DNA of 64,000 nucleotides from an uncultured delta proteobacterium (GCA_963814585.1 CAWFDF010000003.1:352001-416000), one strand, 5' to 3'. Shown: positions 49,434-60,573, counted from the stretch's first letter. A program made the numbers and translations. The notes: generated by a model not told the origin, from the letters alone.

Positions 49434-50837
49434 ATGGGACCACTGCGAACCGCCGCGCCGCTCGTGCAGCTGGCCATCGTGGCCCTGGCCCTCTCCTGCA
49501 GCGTGACCCCGGAGGCCGCCACCCCGGATCCAGGCCCGGGTCCCGACGCCAGCCGCATCACGGGGACGATCGCGGACGCCGCCGGCACCGGCACGCCCGG
49601 CGTGACGGTGACGCTGGCCGGGGCCTCGCTGGCCACGGCCACCACCGATCAGGGCGGCAGGTACGCGTTCCTCGGCCTCCCCGACGGGCCCTTCCAGGTG
49701 ACGCCGGCCAGGACCGGATACACCTTCTCCCCGTCGAGCCGGACGGTCACCGTGCAGGGGAGCGAGGCCGCGGCGCAGGACTTCACCGCCACCCGGACGG
49801 GTGGAGCGGGTGGCGGCGGCCCTCTCCTCAGCTGGCTGCGCCCCGTCCACGTCTCCGGGGGGGTGGCCTCGCGGTGCAACGACGGGAAGTACGGGCAGGA
49901 CTTCTACGGGGTCGGGACCGGCGTCGACAACCGCTGGTCCTCGGGCTCCCCGGCCTGGTGCGCCATCCACCTCGGGACCACCACGGCGACCACGGTGCTG
50001 GTGGGGCTTTCGGACGAGACCGGGGCCGACGGCATCGAGGGGACCCCGGGCTTCGCCGACTACGCGCTGCAGGCGAGCGCCGACTCCACCGACGGGGCCG
50101 ACGGCACCTGGAGCCCGCCGATCGCGGTGACCGGGAATCGATTCGCCTACCGAGAGCACCTGGTCGGCTTCGCCGGGATGCAGTGGATCCGGATCTCCAT
50201 CGCGGCGCCGGCCACCGCGAGCCTCGACGATCTCGAGGTCTGGGACGTCTCGGATGCCGCGGCCGACGCCCTGGCCTGGGTGGGAGACTCGATCACCGCC
50301 CGCTGCTCGGCGCGAAGCGGCGGTTTCGGCGCCGACCCGTCGTTCCAGGCCGCGGTGCTGGCGGCCGCGCCGCCACATTACCCGCTGCAGATCGGCGCGG
50401 GCGCCGTGGGCGTCACCGCCAGGGACGTCGTCTCCGGAAGCCCATCGCGCCTGGACACCTACCTCTCGCTCTTCCCGCACGTGAGGTTCTGGGGGATCGC
50501 CCTCGGCACCAACGACGCCGCCAACGACGTCCCCAGCGCCACCTTCCAGGCCAGCCTGCAGGCCCTGGTGGATCGGGTCAGGGCCGGCGGGCACGTGCCC
50601 ATCATCGCCCGCATCCCGTACACGTCCGACCCGGCCTATGGCGCCCAGGTGGCCCGCCTCAACGGCGTGGTGGACGCCGTCACCGCCCTCAACGGCCTCA
50701 CGCCCGGGCCCGACCTGTACACCCTCTTCCAGCAGCACCAGGCCGCCTACTACGACTCGGACCCGGTGCACCCGAACAAGGACGGCTGCACGGCCTGGCA
50801 GCGGGCCTGGGCGCAGGTGCTGGTGCCGCTCCTGTGA
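49434..50837 (+). CDS. Lipoprotein: carboxypeptidase-regulatory-like domain + discoidin/CBM-like domain + SGNH/GDSL hydrolase
   Basis: Lipobox LALSC; ATTDQGGRYAF; VGDSIT, LGTND, DPVHPN. Confidence 0.82.
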   Translation: MGPLRTAAPLVQLAIVALALSCSVTPEAATPDPGPGPDASRITGTIADAAGTGTPGVTVTLAGASLATATTDQGGRYAFLGLPDGPFQVTPARTGYTFSPSSRTVTVQGSEAAAQDFTATRTGGAGGGGPLLSWLRPVHVSGGVASRCNDGKYGQDFYGVGTGVDNRWSSGSPAWCAIHLGTTTATTVLVGLSDETGADGIEGTPGFADYALQASADSTDGADGTWSPPIAVTGNRFAYREHLVGFAGMQWIRISIAAPATASLDDLEVWDVSDAAADALAWVGDSITARCSARSGGFGADPSFQAAVLAAAPPHYPLQIGAGAVGVTARDVVSGSPSRLDTYLSLFPHVRFWGIALGTNDAANDVPSATFQASLQALVDRVRAGGHVPIIARIPYTSDPAYGAQVARLNGVVDAVTALNGLTPGPDLYTLFQQHQAAYYDSDPVHPNKDGCTAWQRAWAQVLVPLL

Positions 50838-50905
50838 GGCCCGGCCGCCAGGCGAGTGACGCGCGTGGCCGCCCTGCGCCGAGCCGCGTGTGGTAGGCGT
50901 GACGC

Positions 50906-52210
50906 ATGGGACACCTCGGGCGCCTCAAGTCGGAGTACCGCGACCTCGCCGATCGGCTGCAGGCCGGGCCGGTGGCCTACCCGGAGCCGGACGACCCGGC
51001 CGCCCGCGAGGGCTGGCGGGAGATCCTCGAGATCCTCTACACCCCCGAGGAGGCGGCGCTGGCGGCGCGGCTGCCGGTTCGTCCCATGTCGCTGGAGAAG
51101 CTCGCGGCCCGGGTGGGCCTCCCGGCCGAGGCGCTGCGCCCCCGGCTCGAGGCCATGGCCGACAAGGGGCTGGTGATGGACCTGGTCCATGCCGGCACCG
51201 GCCGCACCGCCTGGTTCCTCTCGCCGCCGGTGGTCGGCTTCTTCGAGTACTCGCTGATGCGCGCCTCCGACTCGGTCCCCAAGAAGCGGATGGCCGAGGC
51301 CCTCCACGCCTACACCCACGGCGACGAGGCCTTCGCCCGCGAGGCCTTCGGCGGCGCCACCGTCATCGGCCGGGCCCTGGTCCACGAGACGGCGCTGGCC
51401 GACGACCCGCTCCCCGAGGTGCTCGACTGGCAGCGGGCCACCGGCGTGATCGGCGACGCCCGCGCCTGGGCGGTCTCGCTCTGCTACTGCCGGCACAAGG
51501 CCGAGCACCTCGGCGAGGCCTGCGGCGCCCCCATGGACAACTGCCTCTCGGTCAACGGCGGCGCCGAGTTCGTCGTCCGGCGCGGCTTCGGCCGGGCCGT
51601 CGGGAAGGGCGAGGCGCTGGAGCTGCTGGCCCGCTCGCGCGAGGCCGGGCTGGTGCAGATCGCCGACAACGTCCAGCACCGCCCCACCTTCGTCTGCAAC
51701 TGCTGCGGCTGCTGCTGCGAGCAGCTGCAGGGGGCCAACCGCTGGGGGCTGGCCTCGGTCAACCCCAGCGGCTTCGCGCCCCGCCGCGAGGCGGCCTCCT
51801 GCAACGGCTGCTCCCGCTGCGCCCGGGCCTGCCCGGTGGCGGCCATCCAGATGGTGCCGGAGCGGCAGGCCGGGAAGCCGAGGAACGGCCTGGCGCCCGC
51901 CATCGACGGGGCCCGCTGCATCGGCTGCGGGGTCTGCGCCACCGCCTGCCACCAGGGGGCGCTGAGGATGGAGGAGGGGGGCTCGCCTCGCCAGGTGCCG
52001 GCCACCGCCGTGGAGCGGATGGTCCGCATGGCCATCGAGCGCGGGCGGCTGGCCGACCTGCTCTTCGACGAGGGGGCCGGGGCGGGGAGCCGCTTCCTGC
52101 ACCACGCGGTGCGGGCCCTCACCAACCTCCCGGTGGCGTCGAGGGCCATGGCCAGCGAGCAGGTGACGTCGCGCTTCGTGAGGGCCGCGCTGGCCGGGTT
52201 CAAGGGGTAG
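50906..52210 (+). CDS. Cys-rich iron-sulfur protein with 2x[4Fe-4S] ferredoxin domain
   Basis: CYCRH, CNCCGCCC, CNGCSRCARACP, CIGCGVCATAC. Confidence 0.88.
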   Translation: MGHLGRLKSEYRDLADRLQAGPVAYPEPDDPAAREGWREILEILYTPEEAALAARLPVRPMSLEKLAARVGLPAEALRPRLEAMADKGLVMDLVHAGTGRTAWFLSPPVVGFFEYSLMRASDSVPKKRMAEALHAYTHGDEAFAREAFGGATVIGRALVHETALADDPLPEVLDWQRATGVIGDARAWAVSLCYCRHKAEHLGEACGAPMDNCLSVNGGAEFVVRRGFGRAVGKGEALELLARSREAGLVQIADNVQHRPTFVCNCCGCCCEQLQGANRWGLASVNPSGFAPRREAASCNGCSRCARACPVAAIQMVPERQAGKPRNGLAPAIDGARCIGCGVCATACHQGALRMEEGGSPRQVPATAVERMVRMAIERGRLADLLFDEGAGAGSRFLHHAVRALTNLPVASRAMASEQVTSRFVRAALAGFKG

Positions 52211-53377
52211 ATGGAGGCCGACCTGCCGGCGCACCGGGAGCTCTGCCTGCGCTGCCGGCGGCCGGGGCGGGCCTGCTGGTGCCCGCACCTGCGCCCGGTG
52301 GAGAGCGCCACCCGGGCCTGCATCCTCCAGCACCTGGGCGAGCGCAAGACCGCCATCGGCACCGCCCGCATGGCCCACCTCTCGCTGCCCAACTCCGAGC
52401 TGCACCTGGGGGTCTGCTTCGAGGACCACCCGCGGGTGCGGGAGGTGGCGGCGGCGCCGGGAACCGCGCTGCTCTTCCCGGGGGAAGGGGCGCTGGACCC
52501 GGCCACGCTGCGGGCCCGGCCGCCGGCCACGGTGATCGTGGTGGACGGCACCTGGTCGCAGGCGCGCCAGGTCATCAAGCGGAACCCCTTCCTGCAGGCC
52601 CTGCCGCGCCTGGCCTTCACGCCGGAGCGGCCCAGCAACTACCGGATCCGGGCCGAGCCATCGGCGGCGTGCGTCTCCACCATCGAGGCGCTCGTCCACC
52701 TGCTGGGCGCGGTGGAGGGCGCGCCGGAGCGGTTCCGGCCCATCCTCGAGGCCTTCGACCGGATGATCGACCTGCAGATCGCCGAGCGCGAGCGGCGCAC
52801 CGGCCCGCCGCGGCGGCGGGCCCGGCCGCGGGCGCGGCGCCCTCGCGTCGACGTGACGGTGGCGGCGCTGCGGTCGAGGTCGCCCGACGTGGTCGCCATC
52901 TACGCCGAGGCCAACGCCTGGGCGACCGGCAGCCCGGTCGAGGGCGAGGCCGAGCTGATCCAGCTGGTGGCCGCCCGGCCGCACACCGGCGAGAGGTTCG
53001 AGGCGGTGCTGGCGCCGCGGCGGCCGCTGGGTCCGGGCGTGGCCTCGCACCTCGAGCTGGCCGGCGCCCGGCTGACGGGCGGGGAGCCGGCGGTCCGGGC
53101 GCTGGAGCGCTTCGAGGCCTTCCTGCGACCGGGCGACCTCTACTGCGGCTGGGGGCCGTACGCGCTCGGGCTGCTCGAGGCCGAGGGAGCTCCGCGGCGC
53201 GACTTCGCCGACCTCCGCCTGGCCTGCGCCCGCCTGCTGGCGCGGCGTCCGGGCGGGGTCGAGCAGGCGGTGCGGCTGCTGGGCCGGACCGAGCTGCCAC
53301 CGCCCGCCGGGTCCGGCCGGGCGGGGCGGCGGCTGGCCTCGCTGCTGGAGGTCCATCGCCTGCTGCTGGAGCGGTAG
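52211..53377 (+). CDS. DTW-domain protein (TapT-like tRNA aminocarboxypropyltransferase) with degenerate exonuclease-like C-terminal domain
   Basis: CLRC..ACWC, LQHLGE, LLFPG, VDGTWSQA, YRIRAEP, STIEA. Confidence 0.85.
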   Translation: MEADLPAHRELCLRCRRPGRACWCPHLRPVESATRACILQHLGERKTAIGTARMAHLSLPNSELHLGVCFEDHPRVREVAAAPGTALLFPGEGALDPATLRARPPATVIVVDGTWSQARQVIKRNPFLQALPRLAFTPERPSNYRIRAEPSAACVSTIEALVHLLGAVEGAPERFRPILEAFDRMIDLQIAERERRTGPPRRRARPRARRPRVDVTVAALRSRSPDVVAIYAEANAWATGSPVEGEAELIQLVAARPHTGERFEAVLAPRRPLGPGVASHLELAGARLTGGEPAVRALERFEAFLRPGDLYCGWGPYALGLLEAEGAPRRDFADLRLACARLLARRPGGVEQAVRLLGRTELPPPAGSGRAGRRLASLLEVHRLLLER

Positions 53378-53381
53378 CGCG
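53303..53381 (+). repeat. 79-bp direct repeat, copy 1 (3' end of the DTW gene)
   Basis: 73/79 identical to 54145-54223. Confidence 0.92.
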
Positions 53382-53411
53382 AGCGCGGCTCGCTCGGCAG
53401 TGGCCCGCGCA

Positions 53412-54098
53412 TCACCTGGCCGCCGGCGCGACCTTCCACTCGATGCAGTGGCCCCACGGGCAGGCGAGACCCGGCGAGCACTCGGCGGACCAGGTGCACT
53501 TCTCCCCGAACCGCCTGGAAGGCGACAGCTTGGCCGGCGCCGGCGGGCGCGGTGACCGGCAGTCCGCCAGGGCCCATGTCACGAGCTGCGGGGTCGGCTG
53601 CGCCTCGGCGGCCTCCAGGCACCGCGCCTGCGCCTCGCTCTCGGACCGGGCCGCCTCCCGCGCCGCCCGGGCCGGGTCCAGGCAGTCCTCCACCATCGAC
53701 TGCTGCGGAGCGTAGGCGTTCGGCAGGGACTCGCCCTTCCTCAGGGCGAAGTGGAGGGTCTCCGGCTCGTTGTGGTACCAGGCGCCGGTGGCGGCGTCGA
53801 AGATGACCGGGAAGATGCCGCAGAGGATGTCCAGCAGGAGCCACCCCGCGCCGAGCGTGCTGTAGGTGGCGGCGGCGGCCGGCTGGTGATCGGGCATGCG
53901 CAGCTCGACGACGTAGCTGTTCCTGGACGGCAGCGTGAGCGTGACCGGCGTGTAGCCGCTGGGGACGCCGTTCACGTACACGGGAGCGCAGACCGGCTCC
54001 GAGGTCACCCGGATGCTGGACTGGTCCCCCTTGAACACCGTGGCGCAACTCGTCGATGCCAGGAGCAGCGCAGCCAGCCAGCGGTGTCCAGTTCGCAC
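53412..54098 (-). CDS. PEGA-domain lipoprotein with Cys-rich C-terminus
   Basis: LASTSC-ATVFKG, VTSEP..A.VYVNG..GYTP, DAATGAW, CTWSAECSPGLACPWGHC. Confidence 0.75.
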   Translation of the reverse strand: MRTGHRWLAALLLASTSCATVFKGDQSSIRVTSEPVCAPVYVNGVPSGYTPVTLTLPSRNSYVVELRMPDHQPAAAATYSTLGAGWLLLDILCGIFPVIFDAATGAWYHNEPETLHFALRKGESLPNAYAPQQSMVEDCLDPARAAREAARSESEAQARCLEAAEAQPTPQLVTWALADCRSPRPPAPAKLSPSRRFGEKCTWSAECSPGLACPWGHCIEWKVAPAAR

Positions 54099-54144
54099 GG
54101 TCTCGGCCTCCGTGAGGAATGTACCACCGTCCACCCCGCTGTCC

Positions 54145-54223
54145 CCCGCGGGGTCCGGGAGGGCGGGGCGGCGGCTGGCCGCGCTGCTGGAGGTCCATCG
54201 CCTGCTGCTGGGTCGGTAGCGCG
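54145..54223 (+). repeat. 79-bp direct repeat, copy 2 (orphan DTW 3' end)
   Basis: Still encodes GRAGRRLAALLEVHRLLLGR-stop. Confidence 0.92.
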
Positions 54224-54237
54224 GTAGAGTGCCCGGC

Positions 54238-55107
54238 ATGCCAGGCCGCACGCAGAAGAAGGGGGCCGAGGCGGCGCGCGAGCTCGCTCCGGGCCAGTCT
54301 CCGGAGCTCCTCAAGGCCCTCCACATCCTCACCCGCGACGGCCATCTCAACGCCGACAGCCTGCGCAAGCTCAAGCAGGTGAACCACCTGGCCCGGCTGC
54401 TGGCGCCGGCGCTCGACGACGTGCTCACGCGCTTCGGCGACCCGGTGGTGGTCGACTGCGGCGCCGGCAAGAGCTACCTCGGCTTCGTCCTCTACGAGCT
54501 CTTCCTGAAGCAGGCGGGGAAGGGGACGCTCCACGCCATCGAGTCGCGCGGCGAGCTGGTGGAGCAGGCGCGGGCGCTGGCGGCCCGCCTCGGCTTCACC
54601 CGCATGCGCTTCGAGCAGTCCGAGATCGGCGCGGCGGCGCCGCCGGCCCGGGTCCACCTGGTCACGGCGCTCCACGCCTGCGACACCGCCACCGACGACG
54701 CGCTGGCGCTCGCCATCCGCCACGGGGCCGACCACGTGGCGGTGGTGCCGTGCTGCCAGGCCGAGGTGGCCGCCCAGCTCGGCCGCGCCGAGGCGCCGTC
54801 CCCCCTGCTGGCCTCGCTCTTCGAGCACGCCTGGCACCGGCGCGAGTTCGGCTCGCACCTCACCAACGTGGTCCGGGCGCTGGCGCTCACGGCCAGCGGC
54901 TACTCGGTGACGGTGACCGAGCTGGCTGGCTGGGAGCACTCGCTCAAGAACGAGCTGATCCTGGGCAAGAAGGTCCGGGCTGGCGACGCCCGGGCCCGGG
55001 CCAGGCTCCTGGCGCTCTGCGAGGCGGCCGGGGTGAAGCCGAAGCTGGTGCGGCTGCTCTGGCCGAAGGGCGAGGCGGCCACCGGCCCGGCCGCCGAGGG
55101 CTCGTAG
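54238..55107 (+). CDS. SAM-dependent methyltransferase (Methyltransf_32-like)
   Basis: KLKQVNH, DCGAGKSYLGF, ALHACDTATD, VPCCQ, EHSLKN. Confidence 0.88.
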   Translation: MPGRTQKKGAEAARELAPGQSPELLKALHILTRDGHLNADSLRKLKQVNHLARLLAPALDDVLTRFGDPVVVDCGAGKSYLGFVLYELFLKQAGKGTLHAIESRGELVEQARALAARLGFTRMRFEQSEIGAAAPPARVHLVTALHACDTATDDALALAIRHGADHVAVVPCCQAEVAAQLGRAEAPSPLLASLFEHAWHRREFGSHLTNVVRALALTASGYSVTVTELAGWEHSLKNELILGKKVRAGDARARARLLALCEAAGVKPKLVRLLWPKGEAATGPAAEGS

Positions 55108-55235
55108 CACGGCCCACGCCGCGCAGCGCAGGGTGGGCTGGCCGCACGGCGTCGGGCTCAGGCCGGCTCGCGGGTGCGGGAGGCGGTGTCCGGGAGGCGG
55201 TTGACCGGCCGCCGCACCGGTGGGACGCTCCGGCC

Positions 55236-55565
55236 ATGCGCACGCCAGCCGCCTTCGCCCTCGCCGTCACCCTCCTCGCCCTGGGAGCGGCTCCGGCCGC
55301 GGCCGATGACGGCACCATCAAGCTGGTGCTGGAGGTCGGCCAGAAGGCCACCGTGGGTGGCGCCAGCGGGAAGTGCGACGACGTGAGCGTCGCCACCATC
55401 ACGCTGGACGCGCAGGCCGTCATCACCGCGCTCAGGCCGGGCAGGACCACCTGCTCGGCCCGGGTGGGCGGGCTCCTCCGCGTCTACGACGTCAAGGTCG
55501 TGGCCCCGGCGCCCGGCGGCGATCCCACAGCGCCGGCCAGGCCCGGCGACGCCACGGGGCGGTAG
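55236..55565 (+). CDS. Small secreted Ig-like protein (resembles pilus-formation N-terminal domains)
   Basis: Signal peptide ending AAA-DD; CDDVSVA, ITALRPGRTTC. Confidence 0.6.
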   Translation: MRTPAAFALAVTLLALGAAPAAADDGTIKLVLEVGQKATVGGASGKCDDVSVATITLDAQAVITALRPGRTTCSARVGGLLRVYDVKVVAPAPGGDPTAPARPGDATGR

Positions 55566-55593
55566 GTCCACGGCCGGGGAGCCGCGGGCACCT

Positions 55594-57193
<1,600 letters not shown>

Positions 57194-57242
57194 GGGGAGG
57201 CGGGTTCTAGCGGATGGCGGGCCGGACCGGAAGCCCCGTCCC

Positions 57243-59099
57243 CTACTTCCCGAACACCTTCAAGATCCTGGGCGCGGCGGCGGAGAACCTGGCCTCGCCG
57301 TCCGGCAGCGGCCGGTCGAAGGGATCGGTGATGGTGACGCCGCCGAAGCCGGCGTCGATGCCGCTGAAGGCCACCTTGAGATCCTTCCCGATGGCGGCGA
57401 ACTTCGGCTCCCAGCCGACCGTGGTGAGCACGAACCGGTCCTCCGGCGCCTCGAACATCGACAGCCCGGCGGCGTAGCTCTCGGCCGGGTGGGTATCCCC
57501 CAGCAGGGACAGCAGCGTCGGCACCACGTCGGCGTGGCTGGTCGGTGCGTCGCGCCGACCCACCGGCACGCCCTCGCCCATCACCACCATGGGGACGTGG
57601 AGCTGCTGCACCGTGAGCGCCGAGCCGTGGCCGACGTGCCCCTGCTCCCGCATCTCCTCACCGTGGTCGCCGGTGACGATCACCAGCGGCTTGCGGCCGC
57701 GCCTCAGCTCCATCCAGGTGAGGAACTCGTCCACCTTCATGTCGGCCTCGAAGGCCGAGTTGCGGGCGCGGTTGAGGATGAGGTCGCCGGGGGCCTCGCT
57801 GGCCTTGAGGATCCCCTGGCCGTTCCAGACCGGCGAGAACTTCGCCGCCCGCTCGGGGTAGGTGTAGTTGAAGTGGGTCCCCACGAAGAAGAGGAAGAGG
57901 AAGACCGGCTTGTCCCCGGCCTGCTCCACGAAGCGGCGCCCTTCCCTCAGCATGGCCGCGTCGGTCTGCTCCGGGTTGAGGTCCTTCGGCCAGTCGGTCT
58001 CCAGCGACTGCGTCACGTCGCCGAAGACCTGCTCGCGCAGCCCCATCCAGTCGACCGACGAGGCGGCCAGGAACTTGGACTGGTAGCCGTTGGCGGAGAA
58101 GGCGCGGAAGAGGAGCGGCTTGCGGCCGGCCCCGACCACGGCGTCGAGCTTGTGGGCCTCGAGCCCGAAGATCAGGCCGAAGACCGTGAAGTAGGTGGTC
58201 GGCGCCAGCGCGTAGTGCCGCTCGAAGACGGTGCCCCCGGCGGCGGCCCGCGCCGAGAGCAGCGGCATGACCTGCGGGTCGAGGTAGTCGGCCCGGGCGC
58301 TCTCCAGCAGGACGAAGACCACGTCGGGCGTCCTGGTGAACTTCACCGAGGCCGGGTCGATGCCGGGCGGCAGCTTCACCGCGCTCTCTCCCGAGAGCCC
58401 CTGGAGCGGGCTGCCCAGCACGGCCCGGCCGGTCAGCTTCTCCCAGAACTTCCCCATCCGGACCGGCACCTGCAGCGGCAGGGCCTGGCCGGCCGCGAAG
58501 ACGCCCGGCCCGCCGAAGAAGGCGACGCTGGCCGAGTAGACCCGCTCGCCGGCGGCCAGCAGCAGCAGCGCCAGCGCCACCTTCCAGACCGGCTTCGGGG
58601 AGGTGAAGCGCCGCAGGAACCAGGTGCCGACCACCACCTCGGCGACCAGCCAGCCCAGCCCCTGGGCCAGAAACCATGCCACGTCGGACGCGGGGATCCC
58701 GGTCTCGCGAAGCGCGCTGGGCTGGATGGCCACGCGCAGGAAGAACCCGTTGATGTGGAACCCGACCGCCGCGTAGGTGCGGGCGTCGATGGCCAGCACC
58801 AGGGTGGCCAGGGCGGTCAGGACCGGGAAGCTCCAGCGGAAGAGCCGGCGCGAGACCGAGAGCGGCAGGGCCACGGCCCAGAGCGCCACCGAGAGTGTCA
58901 GCGCCTGGACCGCGAAGGCCGGGTAGAGCAGCCTCTGGAAGCCCTCGGGGACGGCGCGCAGCGCCTGGGCGATGGGGCCGGAGTAGAGCCAGAGGAAGGC
59001 CGGGACGTGGAGGACCGCCCACACCAGCCCGGGCCACCGGGGGGAGTGTCCACCGGCCGGGGCGGGCTGGTCCAGGTCCTCGGTGTCTTGGAAGGCCAT
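57243..59099 (-). CDS. Membrane sulfatase-like protein (YejM/PbgA-LTA synthase superfamily)
   Basis: About 5 N-terminal TMs, GFHING, LLESARAD, THFNY, TGDHGEE, GHGS, TSHADVVPTL. Confidence 0.82.
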   Translation of the reverse strand: MAFQDTEDLDQPAPAGGHSPRWPGLVWAVLHVPAFLWLYSGPIAQALRAVPEGFQRLLYPAFAVQALTLSVALWAVALPLSVSRRLFRWSFPVLTALATLVLAIDARTYAAVGFHINGFFLRVAIQPSALRETGIPASDVAWFLAQGLGWLVAEVVVGTWFLRRFTSPKPVWKVALALLLLAAGERVYSASVAFFGGPGVFAAGQALPLQVPVRMGKFWEKLTGRAVLGSPLQGLSGESAVKLPPGIDPASVKFTRTPDVVFVLLESARADYLDPQVMPLLSARAAAGGTVFERHYALAPTTYFTVFGLIFGLEAHKLDAVVGAGRKPLLFRAFSANGYQSKFLAASSVDWMGLREQVFGDVTQSLETDWPKDLNPEQTDAAMLREGRRFVEQAGDKPVFLFLFFVGTHFNYTYPERAAKFSPVWNGQGILKASEAPGDLILNRARNSAFEADMKVDEFLTWMELRRGRKPLVIVTGDHGEEMREQGHVGHGSALTVQQLHVPMVVMGEGVPVGRRDAPTSHADVVPTLLSLLGDTHPAESYAAGLSMFEAPEDRFVLTTVGWEPKFAAIGKDLKVAFSGIDAGFGGVTITDPFDRPLPDGEARFSAAAPRILKVFGK

Positions 59100-59199
59100 G
59101 CGGAGGGCACCCTAGCCAATGTCGGCGCGCTGCGCCAACCGCCGAGGACCGGCCCGGCCGTGGTAATCAGGGAGGCAGTTCCCTCGTGAACGAGCCTCG

Positions 59200-59937
59200 A
59201 TGACGCCACCCCTCCTCTCCCGCCTCGGCTGGGCCCGGACCGCCACCCCCGTCCACGGCCACGAGGTCACCACCGTGGAGCTCCCTGGCCACGGTCCGGT
59301 GCGCCTGGCGCGATGGCTCCACCCCGACGCCCGCCGGGCGCCGGCGACCCTGGAGGCGGAGCGCATCGCGGCCCTGCGCGCCCACCTCCGGCCGGGGGAC
59401 GTGGCGGTGGTGATCGGCGCCGCCGGAGGCGCTGAGGCCCTCGAGCTCGGGCTGGCCGTCGGCCGGGAGGGCGCGGTGGTGGCCCTCGAGGCCGACCGGG
59501 ACGTCTTCCCGGTGCTGGCCGCCAACGGCGCCCTCAACCGCGACCAGGTCCAGCTGCTCCCCCACCTCGTCGCCGTGGCCCGCCCCGACGCGCCTCCGCC
59601 ACCCTTCGGCGTCCCGGCCCAGCCGCTGGAGCCGTTCCTGCGGACCCGGCACGCCGACCTGATCGATCGTCTCCGCTGGATCTCGATCCGCTTCGGCGCC
59701 AACGGCCCGTCGCTGTTCGAGGCCGTCCGCCCGCTGCTGGTCTCCTGCCGGCCGGTGCTGCGCTGCGCGATGGGCCGGACCGCCCGCCGTTCGCAGCGGC
59801 AGGCGCTGCTCACCGCCCTCGGCGAGCTGGGGTACCGCCTGGAGCGATTCGCCGGGAACGGCGCGGGCCCTGGCGAGCCGATCACCGCCGCCAACGTGAT
59901 GCGCTGGAAGCAGCTCGACGCGCTGGCCGTGCCTTGA
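59200..59937 (+). CDS. FkbM-like methyltransferase fold, degenerate
   Basis: LRPGDVAVVIGAAGG, GAVVALEAD..FPVLAAN; lacks the usual DIGA Asp and KIDxEG. Confidence 0.5.
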   Translation: MTPPLLSRLGWARTATPVHGHEVTTVELPGHGPVRLARWLHPDARRAPATLEAERIAALRAHLRPGDVAVVIGAAGGAEALELGLAVGREGAVVALEADRDVFPVLAANGALNRDQVQLLPHLVAVARPDAPPPPFGVPAQPLEPFLRTRHADLIDRLRWISIRFGANGPSLFEAVRPLLVSCRPVLRCAMGRTARRSQRQALLTALGELGYRLERFAGNGAGPGEPITAANVMRWKQLDALAVP

Positions 59938-59949
59938 GGAGGACGTCGC

Positions 59950-60573
59950 ATGGTCGATCAGCCCGCCCGCTCCCGCCTCGGTGACGTCCTGGTCGACGCC
60001 CGGGTGCTGACCGGCGAGCAGCTCGAGCGCGCCCTCGCCGAGCAGCGGGCCTGGGGCGGCCGGCTCGGCCAGATCCTGCTCAACCTCGGGCTCGTGGAGG
60101 AGTGGACGCTGGCCTCGGCGATCGCCCGGCAGCTCGGGCTCCGGCTGGTCGACCTCGACCGGATGACCTTGACGGCGAACGTCAGCCAGCTCCTGCCCCT
60201 GGGGGTGGCCGAGCGGTACGGGGTCATGCCGCTGGGGCGGCGCGAGGAGCCGCGGCGGCTGCTGCTGGCGTGCTTCGATCCGACCATGGTCGAGGCGCTG
60301 ACCGAGGCGCGGCGAGCCTCCGGCCTCCACGTCGAGGCCTACGTCGCCACCTCCTCCGCCATCGAGCGGGCCATCCGCCGCGTCTACTACGGCGAGGCCT
60401 CTCCCGAGGCCATCCCCGGCTCCGGCGCCTTCAGCATCACCCGCAACACCCGCGACCCCTCCGCGGGCGGCACCATGACCGAAGACGTGATGGAGCGGGT
60501 CGCCGAGCTGGAGCGCGAGGTGGAGAAGCTGAAGCAGCTGGTCGACACGCTCATCCGGCCCAGGCCGCGCTGA
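59950..60573 (+). CDS. Stand-alone MshEN/T2SSE_N domain protein with C-terminal coiled coil
   Basis: RLGDVLVDARVLTGEQLERALAEQ + RLGQILLNLGLVEEWTLASAIARQ; no ATPase domain. Confidence 0.85.
   Translation: MVDQPARSRLGDVLVDARVLTGEQLERALAEQRAWGGRLGQILLNLGLVEEWTLASAIARQLGLRLVDLDRMTLTANVSQLLPLGVAERYGVMPLGRREEPRRLLLACFDPTMVEALTEARRASGLHVEAYVATSSAIERAIRRVYYGEASPEAIPGSGAFSITRNTRDPSAGGTMTEDVMERVAELEREVEKLKQLVDTLIRPRPR

Noticed and set aside
54013..54219. 68-aa ORF ending like the DTW protein
   Set aside because: By-product of the 79-bp duplication; overlaps the PEGA gene start on the other strand
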